Positions 4,718 to 6,269 of a stretch of DNA of 6,269 bases are shown here, in pieces. The DNA lies in IMG/VR virus record IMGVR_UViG_2667527792_000003, positions 1-6,269 of that record, one strand, 5' to 3'. Each line of letters starts with the position of its first letter. Position 1 is the stretch's first letter. Source of the DNA: a virus. Lineage: Duplodnaviria > Heunggongvirae > Uroviricota > Caudoviricetes. A program made the position numbers and the translations under genes. A model generated the notes under the pieces. The model did no database searches, was not told the origin of the DNA, and saw only the letters and a list, made by a program, of their open reading frames with translations.

Positions 4718-6269
4718 CACCTATTGTTCCGTAGGCTGTGGGCTGTTGATGTACAGCCTCGGTGACGGAGCAAAAAACGCCAAAGCATCTATCTTCCATA
4801 TCGAAGGCGATCCGGATCACCCGGTCAACCGCGGTGCACTTTGTCCGAAAGGCGCTGGCCTGGTGGATTTCATCCACTCCGAAAGCCGTCTGAAGTTTCC
4901 GGAATACCGTGCGCCAGGTTCTGATAAATGGCAGCAAATCAGTTGGGAAGAGGCGTTTGATCGCATCGCCAAACTGATGAAAGAAGACCGCGATGCTAAC
5001 TACATTGCGCAAAACGCCGAAGGCGTGACTGTTAACCGCTGGCTCTCCACCGGGATGCTGTGTGCTTCCGCGTCGAGTAACGAAACCGGCTATTTAACGC
5101 AAAAATTCTCCCGCGCGCTGGGTATGCTCGCGGTCGACAACCAGGCGCGTGTCTGACACGGACCAACGGTAGCAAGTCTTGCTCCAACATTTGGTCGCGG
5201 TGCGATGACCAACCACTGGGTCGACATCAAGAACGCCAACCTCGTCGTGGTGATGGGCGGTAACGCCGCTGAAGCTCACCCGGTCGGGTTCCGCTGGGCG
5301 ATGGAAGCCAAAATTCACAACGGCGCGAAGCTGATTGTGATCGATCCTCGCTTTACGCGTACGGCGGCGGTAGCTGACTACTATGCCCCTATTCGTTCCG
5401 GTACTGACATTGCTTTCCTGTCAGGCGTATTGCTGTACCTGCTGAACAATGAAAAATTCAACCGCGAATACACCGAAGCCTATACCAACGCCAGCCTGAT
5501 AGTGCGTGAGGATTACGGCTTTGAAGATGGCCTGTTCACCGGCTACGACGCGGAAAAACGCAAGTACGATAAATCCTCCTGGACTTATGAACTGGACGAA
5601 AACGGCTTCGCCAAACGCGATACCACGCTGCAACATCCGCGCTGCGTGTGGAACTTGCTGAAACAGCACGTTTCCCGCTACACGCCAGATGTGGTTGAAA
5701 ACATCTGTGGTACGCCAAAAGACGCGTTCCTGAAAGTCTGCGAATACATCGCAGAAACCAGTGCTCACGATAAAACTGCCTCGTTCCTGTATGCCCTCGG
5801 CTGGACGCAACACTCCGTTGGTGCGCAAAACATTCGTACGATGGCGATGATCCAGCTGCTGCTCGGCAATATGGGGATGGCCGGCGGCGGCGTTAACGCC
5901 CTGCGCGGTCACTCCAATATTCAGGGGCTGACGGACCTGGGGCTACTGTCGCAGAGTCTGCCAGGTTACATGACGCTGCCAAGCGAGAAGCAGACCGATC
6001 TGCAAACCTACCTTACCGCCAACACGCCAAAACCGCTGCTGGAAGGCCAGGTAAACTACTGGGGCAACTACCCGAAATTCTTCGTCTCTATGATGAAGGC
6101 CTTCTTTGGTGATAAAGCGACGGCGGAAAATAGCTGGGGCTTTGACTGGTTGCCGAAGTGGGATAAAGGCTACGACGTCCTGCAGTACTTCGAGATGATG
6201 AAAGAGGGCAAGGTCAATGGCTATATCTGCCAGGGCTTTAACCCTGTTGCCTCATTCCCGAACAAAAAC
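4718..6269 (+). CDS. fdoG: Formate dehydrogenase alpha (major, selenocysteine-containing molybdopterin) subunit, FdoG/FdnG family; 5'-truncated and running past the window end
   Basis: Translation starts at the N-terminal 4Fe-4S cysteine motif (NTCTYCSVGCG) and continues ...LAVDNQARV-U-HGPTVASLAPTFGRGAMTNHWVD...GNMGMAGGGVNALRGHSNIQGL...GFNPVASFPNKN, in frame to the last base. The twin-arginine signal peptide and native start are absent from the window. I favour fdoG over fdnG from memory of the two paralogues, but they cannot be separated without an alignment. Confidence 0.85.
5154..5196 (+). other. Selenocysteine UGA codon (5154-5156) with a candidate SECIS stem-loop immediately downstream
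   Basis: In-frame TGA at the conserved ...ARV-U-HGPT... position of formate dehydrogenase alpha subunits. Directly 3' there is dyad symmetry: GACCAA (5161-5166) pairs with TTGGTC (5191-5196), enclosing an inner GCAAG/CTTGC pairing. This is the position where bacterial SECIS hairpins sit. Confidence 0.7.

Noticed and set aside
4139-4720. Minus-strand ORF of 193 aa presented as a single protein
   Set aside because: It is a junction artefact: the N-terminus is an flhB internal fragment with a junction-created GTG start, the middle is the start of an unrelated membrane-protein gene, and the C-terminus is antisense dcuS. Not a real single gene.
4187-4765. Plus-strand ORFs 4187..4381, 4281..4523 and 4523..4765
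   Set aside because: Antisense to the minus-strand membrane-protein and flhB fragments; basic, low-complexity translations with no homology.
4644-5156. Plus-strand ORF of 170 aa ending at TGA 5154-5156
   Set aside because: Its first 25 codons or so are antisense flhB with a TTG start, and the TGA is a selenocysteine codon rather than a stop. The real feature is the 5'-truncated fdoG/fdnG CDS, 4718..6269 and beyond.
4653-5912. Minus-strand ORFs 4653..5012, 5094..5318, 5421..5912 and 5536..5718 inside the formate dehydrogenase gene
   Set aside because: Antisense to a highly conserved CDS; no family resemblance.
1-6269. CRISPR arrays, tRNA or rRNA genes, IS elements or terminal inverted repeats, toxin-antitoxin or defence-system genes
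   Set aside because: I scanned by eye for direct repeats with regular spacing, tRNA-like cloverleaf stretches, transposase motifs and small paired ORFs and found none; all coding capacity is explained by the features listed.

Overview
The window reads as three parts. (1) Positions 1-3160 hold a P2-like (Peduovirus-type) prophage tail operon on the minus strand: tail sheath FI, tail tube FII, tail chaperone E with its -1 frameshift extension E', and the first 279 codons of the tape measure gene T, which runs off the left edge. A candidate late-promoter dyad lies upstream of FI. (2) Positions 3161-3961 hold a Pin/Gin/Hin/Cin-family serine DNA invertase (minus strand), a 26-bp crossover site, and the start of a silent tail-fibre variable cassette (plus strand), i.e. 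one end of a host-range inversion switch. (3) From about 3962 the sequence becomes a patchwork of three ~250-bp fragments of unrelated chromosomal genes (dcuS internal piece, the start of an unidentified membrane-protein gene, flhB internal piece) joined without intergenic DNA, followed from about 4718 by a 5'-truncated formate dehydrogenase alpha-subunit gene (fdoG/fdnG family) with an in-frame TGA selenocysteine codon, running off the right edge. I see no rRNA, tRNA, CRISPR array, IS element or recognisable novel defence system. The most unusual thing here is the fragment mosaic at 3962-4717, which looks like a chimeric assembly or engineered/synthetic junction block rather than natural gene organisation. 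All identifications are from reading translations by eye against remembered protein families; no database search was run.
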